DNA of 64,000 nucleotides from positions 9,424,001 to 9,488,000 of the forward strand of contig NW_025963857.1 in NCBI RefSeq assembly GCF_023055435.1, given 5' to 3'. Numbering within the stretch: position 1 is the first letter of the stretch; each line of letters begins with the position of its first letter. Under the pieces are notes generated by a model. That model did no database searches and was not told the DNA's origin. It worked only from the letters and a program-made list of their open reading frames with translations. The stretch is from Haliotis rufescens (taxonomy: Eukaryota). Below are positions 1 through 11,830 of this stretch, one piece after another. The translations under genes were made by a program, and so were the position numbers.

Positions 1-2451
1 GGCTACTCTAAATGGGCATGGCTAAAATGGACATTTCTTTAACATATCAAGCAAAACTAACTTGGCACTGCTAAGTGCAGGCCTTCAATCTTCCTCAAAT
101 GTCAAGCAGAAAAGCTACAAAAAATATCACAATGGTGTCTCCAGTGATCAAAATGCCCTCAAGGATAAATCTGCATGTGTCTGTGCCAAAACATAACTCC
201 ATAATTCCTGCCTTGTTTGATAAGCATGGAAACTGGGTTTTTATAGTCCCTTGCCTCAGGAAGATGCAATCTGGTCTGATATTTATCTACTTGACATTCA
301 TTGTGCTCCATGTTCAATATGAATATTTTAAAATGGTGTGTAGTTTCTTCGATATTTCTGGAAAATTACTTGATGTCTGATGTCAAAGCATGACAATGTA
401 TACACGGTACACAGTACAGAAAATGTGCTCAGTCCCGACTTCATTTTGTATAGACAAAGTGCTCAATGCTTAGTTCACTTTGGAATATATGTCTTCCAAT
501 TTTTGCCATACCTATTTGATTAGCCCTAACACATACATCAATCTCACAAGTCTTCATTTGATTCCTGACTAATGCTCTGCATTGGTTTTAGAATGTCTGA
601 ATGTGTCTTAAGCATGGACACTGTCAGCCAATGCACCAATTACAAAACCTAGCTATAACATTTCAGTTCCTGGCAATGCAGAATTGCCACCTACTATATA
701 CCTCCTTCTCCATATGTCATTCAGGTAAGTTGACAGAATATGTGATGGTCACATCATGTTTTCATATGTGCCATATATACATACAAATTCAATTCAATTC
801 ATTAGTTTCTCTATACTTTACTTGGAAGTTAAATTCATATTTTAAAACTTAAAAGGCATGCTACAAAAATGACTAATGAAGATGTAGAACTATCAAATTA
901 ACATGGGATTCAAACAATGTCATATGTATGCTCATGTTTTCCTTACAACTCATTCTCCCTCAGATCAGTATCAAAGGGGCACCACTCCAGACAGATCAAC
1001 CAATGCCATAGTGATCATGGTAACCCCATAGCATTCACGTATCATGGCCTTGCCTATACATACTAAATCCAGCAAGGCGAGATGACCTAAACAACATGTC
1101 TTTCCTATTTCAGACCATCCCAAAATAGCCAATGTAAGTCCGTTTTTGTGGGTGTTTTCCTTTGAAAACAGTAATTTGCAGTGTGTCAGTAAAATCCTGT
1201 TTTAAAATGAAAATAATGACTGGTTTGACTAAAGAGATGAGCAGCAAATTAACTCTTGTGACATAAAATATGGACAATACCAGGATTGTTTTAATAGCTT
1301 TGGTGCCACTTCAAAAGAACACGAAAAACGGTTTAGGGTCGAAGGCTCCAGATGAGGGTCACCAGGAACACACCTAGTTTAGTCTGGACTGATGACAGCA
1401 AGGTCAGATTTTGAATAGTCCTAATGCAGGCAAGATATGTTATTTGCAATATGAACATTGGGGGGCAGAAGGTTCTGACTGAATCATATGGGAGTAACAA
1501 TATTAATATCAATGCATTTGATTTCAGATACTTCTAAAATATACTATACTAAAGCATGTGAAGACCTATATTTCAGTGAGGACTACTCTCAGGAGGGCGA
1601 TTACTGAGGTGTGAGTGACACAAGGCTTTTCAGTGCCTGATCTATGGGGCGTAGGGGGAGAGGCTGGTGGAGAGGGTGACTTCATGTGGTCCAACCCCCT
1701 TGCTTTCAAAAATGACAAATCCCACCCCCCACCCAACAAATATACCTCTGTATTATTGAAAGTCATGTGACTTCATCAAAATGACGTGCCAATCTTGACT
1801 CCCCACCCTTTAAAAAGTCCTGGATCTGCCTGTTTTTTGTTGTCTATACCTCAATGTTTCCAGGGTTCAATCATCCAACAACTTCTAAATAAGTTTTCTA
1901 TCTCCTAGACTACATGTTACACCTACAGGTATGCTCTCACTGCATGTACTACTCTGTCAGATACACCAGCACTTGTGACCACCCAACTGTTGTAGCTCTC
2001 ACTGCATATATATTTCCTTGTCACAAATACACATGGGCACCAAATTCTGTTTTGTAATATAAAAAAGGTTTAAAATTTCATAAAACACTAAAAACTAATG
2101 AAAAGCTTTCATACACTGAGAATAGGATATGAAAAGTTCAGTGCATCAATGGATTAATAAAATCCTGAATTCCCAAATAACTATTCGTGTTACTGGCTTT
2201 ATCAGGAGTCCAAATAGCACCAACACTGATAAAACTATTGGTAGATGAAGTGTATAGCCATAAACAGAAGATAAAACTGATTATTTCCTTATTACAAAGA
2301 ATGTGCTTGTTTGAGTGGCTGGGAGTTTATCAGTTATACAAAGGATATTAAAGTATTAGTGGATTAAATGTTCACCCTTAAACACACGTTTAACATAGAG
2401 AGGTTAAGCGTTTACACCACCAGGGTGAGCCACAAGGAGCTCGTCAGAGAG

Positions 2452-2612
2452 AATGAGTGAGTGAGTGAGCGAGTATGGTGTTACGCTGCTTTTAGCAACA
2501 TTCCAGCAATATCATGGCAGGGGATGCCAGAAATGGGCTTCACACATTGTACCTATGACTGTAATCAAACAAGGGCCTTCGGCCTGACGCTTAACCACGA
2601 GGATTCCCCACC
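2452..2612 (-). mobile_element. SINE family A, degenerate
   Basis: gtgagtgag...ccagaaatgggcttcacacattgtacc core. Confidence 0.8.
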
Positions 2613-3207
2613 ATCTCTTGGCCGAGAAATTGGGGTATTCTGTGATTCAGACCTCAAGTTCTGTAGGTGCAAGTGATGGATTGAAAGAATAGCTAAACTT
2701 AACCCTGATGTCATTGCCTCTGTTTGCTCAATGGTATGTGACAATGAAGACCTTATTCAATGGTAAGGCGAAGCGAAAGAGCTAACTCAATGGTATGTCA
2801 TCGTGCAAGTGATCACTTGGTGGCAATATGTTCCGACGGTGCTTCATTTGACATGGCTATATACAACCTGGAATGTACTGGAAAGTTCACAGAACAATAC
2901 CGTTTAGTTTATATACAAAGTTTAAAAAAACAACCAATAACAACATAGAAATGCCTATTTTTCCATGAACCTTGTTAATGTAATGTTTGCACCTAGCACC
3001 CTTCGTCAAGTAATGTGCCATTTAACAAAACGCAGGGTTGCTTCACACTGAATGGTATAACAGGCAGATACTTCTATGTACAGAATTCTATAAAAAATAA
3101 CAACCTTGTGACAAACTGCTGAAGAAGACACATTTACATACACAGGATCGCTGGGAACGCTTTCACACCAGGAAATATAGCCATACTTGAAGGCTTTGAG
3201 GAACGCC

Positions 3208-3579
3208 CAGTGTGCGAAATAGCTGCCTGCCTGCTAGCCCATGGCTAGCAAAATATCCGTCAGGGTAAACATTCTCGACTGGCTACTGAAATTTTAATGG
3301 AGATTTTGTTAAGCACAGTTATCCCCTGTCTGTATATCAGTATAACCATCAATCGTAATGAATTGATTTTGCGAGGTTACGAGCTCAGAGTTACCCCCCT
3401 TCAAAATAGTCGACTCAGATTTGCAATTTGGTTAACTTCATTGATACTTTTGCAGAATCAAATTTCAGAGTAAATAAGCTGTCACTTATTTAAGCTTGTG
3501 AAATTTGAAACTGACTAGTAACTTTTAAGGCTAGCTGGCGCACCTGGCCAGCAATAATTTGAGACCATTTCACACACTG
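3208..3579. mobile_element. hAT-type MITE
   Basis: TIR CAGTGTG(C/T)GAAAT; 8-bp TSD GGAAC(G/A)CC. Confidence 0.8.
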
Positions 3580-4677
3580 GGAACACCTTCACATTACTCG
3601 AGTCTCACGAAACACAGTCACTCGCTGGGTCTTTAACACTTTCACAAAAAAAAGGGCAGAGGGATTACATTCATACTAAAAGAACTTGAAAGATCACATT
3701 CACACAAATGGGCATAAAGGATTATATTAATATATATCAGTCTTGAAGGATCACAATCATATTAAAATGTCATGAACAATCACATGCTCACTAAAAGTTT
3801 TAGGAACACATTCATACCACAGGGGCTTAAACAGGTTGAACAATCCCACTAACACTATAGTGCTAGTCTCTCAAGGAAACACATTCACATCACAGGGCTT
3901 TGAACAGGTTGAACATTCAAACCTTAAAGGCCTCAAGAACTGCTTTCACGCATATATACAATTACAAGAAACACTTTAACACATACAGGATTGCAGGAAA
4001 CTTTCACATGTAGAGGACCTAAGGCAACACTTCTTGCTTTCATGGTTTTCAGGTTGTTTTTTAACCTTTCTTAGGTTTAAATATAAATAAAATATACTGG
4101 TGTATCTCAATATTTTTGTGAGCATTAAGTTCACTGTCTTCATCAGTTTAGTCAGTAACAATAATTGCTAAATCTGCTTAAAGTGCAAGGTGTTTACTGC
4201 ATTGTATAGTAACATGTATATGTAGTATCACTGTGAGAGATGGCATTGTTCTCTTGATAAAAGTGTTTGCAATTGGCAGAAACTATATACAATATATTTA
4301 AGCAACTATTATAAATAAAATATTTGCAGTAATGTTTGAATTTAGTAATTTATCATTGTCAAAAAATGCATCTAAATTATTTCCTATCATTTTCTGATTG
4401 TTGCTTTTGGTCAAATCCAAAAAACCCAAAAGAGAAGTGCTGCCTAATTTTGGAATGTCTGAGGGAAGGACACAATATCAACCACAAGGTGGTGTTTGGA
4501 AGGGGATGGCTGGAGTGGAATGTCTCCTATTGCATAGCTATCCGACTTGCACTCATATCGGCAAACAATGCTTGCCATAGAAAACATCTCAAATCATGTT
4601 CTATTGCATGAGGTCGTTGACAGCCCCTGGAGATAAAAGCTCAAACAGTTGATGGATTGTACATACGAGAGCAGGCT

Positions 4678-4784
4678 GGGTCCCTTCCACTAGGCGATCG
4701 TAACGCAACGACAGTCGTATGTCTATGTTAAAGTATGGGAGCTACGATAACCTTAGCACTACGATAGCTTTGTTGAACGGACCC
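4678..4784. mobile_element. About 110-bp MITE family (GGGTCC..GGACCC ends, possibly Harbinger-like)
   Basis: Related copies at about 37517-37590, 45202-45270, 55868-55977 and 59395-59503 share ctatgttaaagtatgggagctacgat / ttagcactacgat. Confidence 0.65.
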
Positions 4785-5295
4785 TAGGTCTTCAGCAGGG
4801 GCACATTATTTGAGTCAGCCTAAGATCCCAGGCAGAAGGGGCAATCGACAATGGATGTACTACAGCTCAATCTAATAAATAAAGCTAATATTTGCAAACT
4901 ATGAGTCGAGTTATACAGACATGCCCAGGCTAGAAGTAAGATGTCTACATAAGATAAATAACGCTTATTAAGGCAGTGGCATGTGACAGTGCTATGGTCA
5001 ACACAGACTTGATGATAAGCCACAACTGTTCCACAAGAAAGGATATATGCATTCAACAACTAAAACTTCAATGACATGGCGCAACTTAAATAGTTCAAGC
5101 ATGATACTGTAGACAATGTAGTGAAGGCCTAATCACCAGATTTCATCTGATGACAAAATGTAATGGTAATCTGTGACTATTTCTTGAATAACACAAAAAA
5201 TTCTGCAAATAAAATATTCACATTGATTCTCCATCAGTGTGACGCCATTTGTACGCTGTACTGGAAACCGTTCTCCTGGTTCAGGACACAACAAG

Positions 5296-5466
5296 CATCT
5301 GTCTCATGTGGCTTGTAACCATGGTAACATGAATAACTTCTCCAGGATGACATGCCATTAATATCTCTCAAAGAGAATCTCATCTGTCTCTTATGGCTTG
5401 TAACCATGGTAACACAAACAATTTCTCCAGGATGACATGGCATTAATATTTCTCAAAGAGAATCTA
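5296..5466. repeat. 85-bp tandem duplication in the probable PPP1R16 3'UTR
   Basis: catctgtctc..tggcttgtaaccatggtaaca..tctccaggatgacatg..attaatat.tctcaaagagaatct occurs twice. Confidence 0.85.
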
Positions 5467-5552
5467 TCTTTCTGCTTAAGGACATATCACTACTTCGATC
5501 AGTTAACATGCAACACTGTATCAGTGTCAAGCATATCCTGCTGGGCCAGTTA

Positions 5553-6284
5553 CTATGATATTACACAGCATTTTGTGTCCTTATCATCATCCCCACCAAT
5601 CACTGCATGAGTCTTGAATGACTTCAGTCGACCGTCATCATGAGGATAGGTATTGCGGTTGGATGATGACATTGATGTTCGGTTGTTGTTATTATGCCCA
5701 TTTTGTGTTTTGTCTTTCGCTGATGGTTTCGGAACACTGGTACTTTGCATAACAGGGTCCTTTTGTAAGCTGGTTAAAAACATGTCCTGAAGATGATCAT
5801 CAAGTGTTTTTGGTCTTGCTGGAGGATCTACTACACGCTTCTCAGTACGAATCTTTTTGAGATCTGCCAGGGTACCAAACTGTGACCCAGGTTGTTGGGC
5901 TCCAGGTTGCCGTTGCTGTGCTGGGGGAACCCTGGCACTAGCTCCTGGCTCTGCTGAACCACCAGGAACGACCTTGTCACCTTGAGGGACAGACCTATTT
6001 TCACTCGTTGGGCGATTTTCTGCTGATGGGCGGCTTTCAGAAGGTGGACGTGGCTGCTGAGATTTGGCCATTTCTGGTTTGGAAGTTGGTGCAGCCTGTG
6101 CAGGGGGTCGTTTGAAGTCCTCCTTCTGCACTGTGGGTTGAGAGTTTGTAGGTCGAGATGAGACTGATGTGCTGGTTGGGCGGCTTGGAGGTCCATCTCG
6201 TGAATCCTGTTCTTGATCATCTGATATGGTCACCTTAACATCATCGATGTCGGTGATGGGGGATGTCTCCTTGTCATCATCATC
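5553..6284 (-). CDS. PPP1R16A: PPP1R16-like terminal coding exon 10 with CaaX box
   Basis: cttccag|DDDDKETSPITDIDDVKVTIS...; S/P/Q-rich low-complexity region, conserved GTLADLKK island, ends KCCVIS-TAG (CaaX preceded by a second Cys, as in TIMAP CCRIS). Confidence 0.92.
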   Translation of the reverse strand, partial: DDDDKETSPITDIDDVKVTISDDQEQDSRDGPPSRPTSTSVSSRPTNSQPTVQKEDFKRPPAQAAPTSKPEMAKSQQPRPPSESRPSAENRPTSENRSVPQGDKVVPGGSAEPGASARVPPAQQRQPGAQQPGSQFGTLADLKKIRTEKRVVDPPARPKTLDDHLQDMFLTSLQKDPVMQSTSVPKPSAKDKTQNGHNNNNRTSMSSSNRNTYPHDDGRLKSFKTHAVIGGDDDKDTKCCVIS

Positions 6285-6547
6285 CTGGAAGCAATTAAAG
6301 GAACATGCATTTATGTTGTCTTTGCATCATGTCTCATGGAGCTAATGCTCTTAAAGAAAGCTCCGTGACCTAAAGTAACGTGACAATCCACAATCCCTAC
6401 CACTTTGGCCTTACAAGGCCTTATACATGTGAAGAAAACCCCAGTGACCCTTAACATACCATGATAAATGAGCTTCATGTGATGATTAATATGTACCCAG
6501 ATCGAGCTATTTATGGCTTCCTTTTCCCTAAAATATCAAACAATAGT

Positions 6548-6832
6548 TATCATTGTTAATAAATCTAAGAATACTACCTCTATTACATATCTGCCATAAA
6601 TCCTGTATTTGGGCTTCAATCACACAAACTAAAATTTTCAGATTTTCAACAGACGTCCTCTCTGTCAATTGCACACAATTAGTTGCCGCCAAGTAGTCTC
6701 TAAACTATCCAAGCCATGACGTCACAATGGCGGCCATATTACTTATTTCCCTCATCTCCTACTAGAGGTAGATGAATTGGGGAGGTGGGAGGTAGTAATT
6801 CAAAGTAGTATTCTTAGAATTATAACAATGAT
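6548..6832. mobile_element. MITE
   Basis: TATCATTGTTA..AA.TCTAAGAATACTAC inverted at both ends. Confidence 0.65.
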
Positions 6833-6913
6833 ATATATTGTTCAATAATTCTTACGAAACTTCTACCTCTATTAAATATCTGCCAGAATATACCAGAGGG
6901 ACCCTGGTTTGAT

Positions 6914-7180
6914 TGGTTGGATGGTTTGTTGTTTAACGCCGCACTCAGCAATATTACAGCTATATGACGGCGGTCTGAAAATAATTGAGTCTGGACCAGA
7001 CAATCCAGTGATTGACATCATGAGCATCAATCCACGTAATTGGGATCGATGACATGCATCAACCAAGTCAGCGTGCCTGACCACCCGATCCCGTTAGTCG
7101 CCTTTTACAACAAGCATAGTCGCCTTTTACGGCAAGCATGGGTTGCTGAAGACCATTCTTCCCCGGAATCTTCACGTGTC
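6914..7180 (-). mobile_element. Short retroposon family B (about 270-300 bp)
   Basis: Perfect 13-bp TSD ACCCTGGTTTGAT (6901-6913, 7181-7193); (AAAC/AACC)n tail; more than 10 copies in the window. Confidence 0.92.
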
Positions 7181-9293
7181 ACCCTGGTTTGATCTGCCTC
7201 TAGTAACTCCCTGTGTAATTGACAGCAATCCTCTTCTGGAAACCATAATGTACTGATTCTCATCCAACTGAGATAATTTCCTCTGAAATTCCCCTTGAGG
7301 ACTTGAATATTAGAAAACTATATCAATAATCCATCAAATATGTGATATTATCACTAGATTTACCGTTATATTTGCTGATTTTGACCATAATAAACTTGGA
7401 TTAGTGACCTATAATACCGGTCATTACGTCACTTCCCCTTTTTGGTAATGACGTCTCACAAGGTCTATCTCTACCCTGAAAGACGTCATTTCCTGGTTAG
7501 AAGGGCTTTGTTCAGCTATTTCTGCGGCTGACGTCACTACCGGTTTCTCTATCACTTCCTGCAATGACACCACTTCCGGTAAATGGTGATAGATGATATT
7601 TAAGGTGCTTCTAATCCATCCTACACCTAATAAGCAGAGTAAATCAAGGGTGTACAAGATCTACAAGATCTGTCAGTCTCCTCCAAACCCTCTGATTCCG
7701 GCTCTGAGTAGCCCTGGATATCTCCCATGGGGGGTGGATAATCATATCGCTCAGTTTCTGCCCCGTAGGGCTTATCATCCTCCGGTGACCATGACTCCGG
7801 ATTAATATGTCTCCGTCCGGGCTGTAGCCCGTGGGTAACGGCAGTCATGCCGTAGCAGTCCTCATCCGACGCTTATCCGACGGCTGGAATGACGTGGGAG
7901 GCAGGCCTGTGGGGCCATACGGCTTCTGTCTGGTATGGCTGGTTGACGTGAACGGGCTGTCCATGGATTCCGTGCGGCTCCTGAATGGTATTGTTCTCTG
8001 GTCTAGTGACTGGTTCATGGGTTGGTAACTGTGATCCATGCCATGGCCTGTGGGCTGGCCATGCAGCTCAGCTTGTAGATTTTGTGTAGACTGGCCCACG
8101 ACTGTGGACGAAGATCTAGTAGTCTTAATCAGAGCTATCATCACGATCTTAGTGTCCATATCCGACAGCTTAGAATCAAGCATGTCTTTCATCATCTCCT
8201 GCTGTTCACTCAGAAGTTGTAGGATGAGGCTCAGGGTGAGAGCAGGCAGCCCTGACATTTTGGGGAATATCTCTTCGGATGTTTGGGTGCATTTCTCACA
8301 TCTCTTCTCCAATGTGCATGGGGTGGTGGGAGACTGCATGGCGACCTCACAAACCCAACATCAGCTATACTCATGTGCGTGTAGTCTCTTCCAGCAGCAC
8401 TATTACTTTAAATATATTTTTATTTATATGTCCGTTATTAGAATAATCTTAGGTTAATGTGATCTACTACCAGTTGCTAGATTGTCACTCCTACTATAGT
8501 AGCACACAAAGGACAAAAAGTGACATGGCCACCATAGTGACGTCACAGTGTGGGTAGTTACAAGACTACTTGGCGTCAACTAATTGCGTGTAATTGACAG
8601 AGAAGAGGACGTCTGTTGAAAATCTGAAAATTTTAGTTCGTGTGATTGAAGCCAAAATACAGGATTTATGGCAGATATGTAAAAGAGGTAGAAGCTTTGT
8701 AAGAATTAGTCACAATAGGTATTCCTCACCTGCTTTCATTGTCACTAATACATGTACCCCTTGCACATTGTTAAGCATTCTCTTCCCCGGATAAGGAAGG
8801 TGCCAGCTTCATATACTGTGATAGTTTTAATCACAACCAAACCGTCTTTCTTCACATTAGCCTCAAGATATAAAGTGATTACTGATGTCAAAAACTGTCA
8901 TTTGACTACTACTGTGACAATTAAGTGCACATTGAGAAGAAAGAATGTACTGTGGCATTCTGTATTTAAGAACAAGTGCCAGTGACTTTACTGTGTCATG
9001 CCAATCTGCAATATGCCAGCTATCTCAGGTTGGCTTTTATTAAGTCAGTACAGGCCAGGAAAACCTGTAGTTGAAACTAATGATAGCAAGCATGTCACTG
9101 TATAAAATACACGAACAGTTTGGTCACAAAGTGTAACCACTTAACCCCAATCACAGCAAGCTACCCCAATGCCCCTGGTGTATTTTGATAATGGCATTTA
9201 CTCAGGTTACAGAAGCTCGACATTCTGAATTTCTTGCCCCTCCTCCTTCACAAGTGCTGTGTCAGCAATATATGACATATGCAGGCTACTGAC

Positions 9294-9408
9294 CACATCA
9301 TCGTTGTCCTCCATTGGGAGCAGACCAAAGTGTAGGGCTTCCTCTTTAGCCTCCTTCTTGAACAACACACTCTTCTCACCGCGGAGACTGCTGCGACGGA
9401 TGGAGGCA
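9294..9408 (-). CDS. PPP1R16A: PPP1R16-like coding exon 9
   Basis: tttccag|T..ASIRRSSLRGEKSVLFKKEAKEEALHFGLLPMEDNDDV|gtcagt; phase 2 to 0, compatible with exon 8 across a 15.4 kb intron; RRSSL matches the RRxSL PKA-site region of MYPT3/TIMAP. Confidence 0.88.
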
Positions 9409-10554
9409 CTGGAAACAGAGGCGACATGTCAGGAGGGTATACAGGTATTATTGTCCCAACTGATAATGAAATGTCATCCCAGACAAGGGATAACAGCTGT
9501 GTGATAAATGTCATGACCACAATGACTAAACAAAAACCGAAATATATAAAACTAAGATTCTAAAACTTGTGTTATTTTTTTCATCATTATTACCATTTGA
9601 TATTCTGTGTGGTGTTATTGAAAGACTGGCTACTTTTTTGTGGTCACTGCTTCAACATGTTGAAGAACATCTTGGTAAAATATATATATTCTCAAACACA
9701 TTACCTCCCAGCCCCACCAGAGAACGAAATGCTTGATCTATCAGGCATTGGCCAAAATAATACTCTGGAAGTAATCGCTCAAAATGGTATCTTTCTTTAT
9801 ATTTATTCTACACTGCATATTTCATGAACACAAGATTGGATCCAAACACTGAATAAAAATTATCAAGGATATCAAAGTTCAACACTAACAAGGAAAAGAT
9901 TTATAGATTAAAAAATTACTATAATTTGAGTCTTCAGGCATGGAATCATAGACTAAATATCTCTCACTTTGGTTTCAAGCCCAGTTTAAGATTTAAAGGT
10001 GTCAATAACACTTCAAGATTCAAAACATTGTTGTTTTCTGCCAAGACAGAATATACACTAAATATTGCCAACTGTTTCGTAATCAAGAAGGTAAGTAACA
10101 ATCTCTCTGGTGGAGTCACATGACATGATACGCATTAACCCTTAAAATATCATTACACTATGCATTAGTGCTATTTAGTGATAATCTGTTGTTTCATCAG
10201 AGATCGAACCGTCTCATGTGCAGAACATGTTGGCACACATGATCTGAACGACACACCCTAATGAAATCATTAACAAATGCACATTTTGCCATGAAAACTT
10301 GACAATCTCACAGACAGTTATTATATATTTAGAAAACAACAGGTCTACTAAGTTGCCAATTCTTGCATGACAGGTGCCCCTTAGGAAGTGTTAGCTGTTA
10401 GGTCATTAATGAACAGGTGACAGTAAGCATGGCAAGGTCACATACTATTAGACAACAGATACAGCTAAACAAAGATTCCAATTGAAAAAGAAACACAAGA
10501 AGAGTGTCACAATTGTGTGACATTCTTAGCTGACAATGAGACATTTGACATAAC

Positions 10555-11830
10555 ATGGGACAAAGTGGAATCAAGTGGATGACATTTTTTGGCTATCAGG
10601 GGAACAAGCGGATGACATCTGTAGCTATCAGGGGAACAAGTGGACAACATCTGTAGCTATCAGGGGAACAAGTGGATGACATCTGTAGCTATCAGGGGAA
10701 CAAGTGGATGACATCTGTAGCTATCAGGGGAACAAGTGGATGACATCTGTAGCTATCAGGGGAACAAGTGGATGACATCTCTACTATCAGGGGAACAAGT
10801 GGATGACATCTGTAGCTATCAGGGGAACAAGCGGATGACATCTGTAGCTATCAGGGGAACAAGTGGATGACATCTGTAGCTATCAGGGGAACAAGTGGAT
10901 GACATCTCTACTATCAGGGGAACAAGTGGATGACATCTGTAGCTATCAGGGGAACAAGTGGATGACATCTCTACTATCAGGGGAACAAGTGGATGACATC
11001 TGTAGCTATCAGGGGAACAAGTGGATGACATCTGTAGCTATCAGGGGAACAAGTGGATGACCTCTGTAGCTATCAGGGGAACAAGCGGATGACATCTGTA
11101 GCTATCAGGGGAACAAGCGGATAACATCTGTAGCTATCAGGGGAACAAGTGGATGACATCTGTAGCAATCAGGGGAACAAGTGGATGACATCTGTAGCTA
11201 TCAGGGGAACAAGTGGATGACATCTCTACTATCAGGGGAATAAGTGGATGACATCTCTACTATCAGGGGAACAAGTGGGTGACATCTCTACTATCAGGGG
11301 AACAAGTGGATGACATCTCTACTATCAGGGGAACACGTGGATGACATCTCTACTATCAGGGGAACAAGTGGATGACATCTCTACTATCAGGGGAACAAGT
11401 GGATGACATCTCTACTATCAGGGGAACACGTGGATGACATCTCTACTATCAGGGGAATAAGTGGATGACATCTCTACTATCAGGGGAACAAGTGGATGAC
11501 ATCTCTACTATCAGGGGAACAAGTGGATGACATCTCTACTATCAGGGTTATAAGTGGATGGCATATCTACTATCAGGGGAATAAGTGGATGACATCTCTA
11601 CTATCAGAGGAACAAGTGGATGACATCTCTACTATCAGGGGAACAAGTGGATGACATCTCTACTATCAAGGGAATAAGTGAATGACATCTCTACTATCAG
11701 AGGAACAAGTGGATGACATCTCTACTATCAGGGGAACAAGTGGATGGCATATCTACTATCAGGGGAATAAGTGGATGACATCTCTACTATCAGAGGAACA
11801 AGTGGATGACATCTCTGGCTCTCATGGAAA
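10555..11830. repeat. 31/32-bp minisatellite, about 40 units
   Basis: GGATGACATCT(GTAG/CTA)CTATCAGGGGAACAAGT. Confidence 0.97.

Noticed and set aside
75-5060. Short ORFs in the first 5 kb
   Set aside because: No domain similarity or consistent exon structure; likely PPP1R16 3'UTR and downstream sequence with MITE and SINE fragments.
10555-11830. CRISPR-like regular repeats (also 28860-30868 and 62590-63616)
   Set aside because: Head-to-tail units without unique spacers, eukaryotic intronic context, no cas genes.
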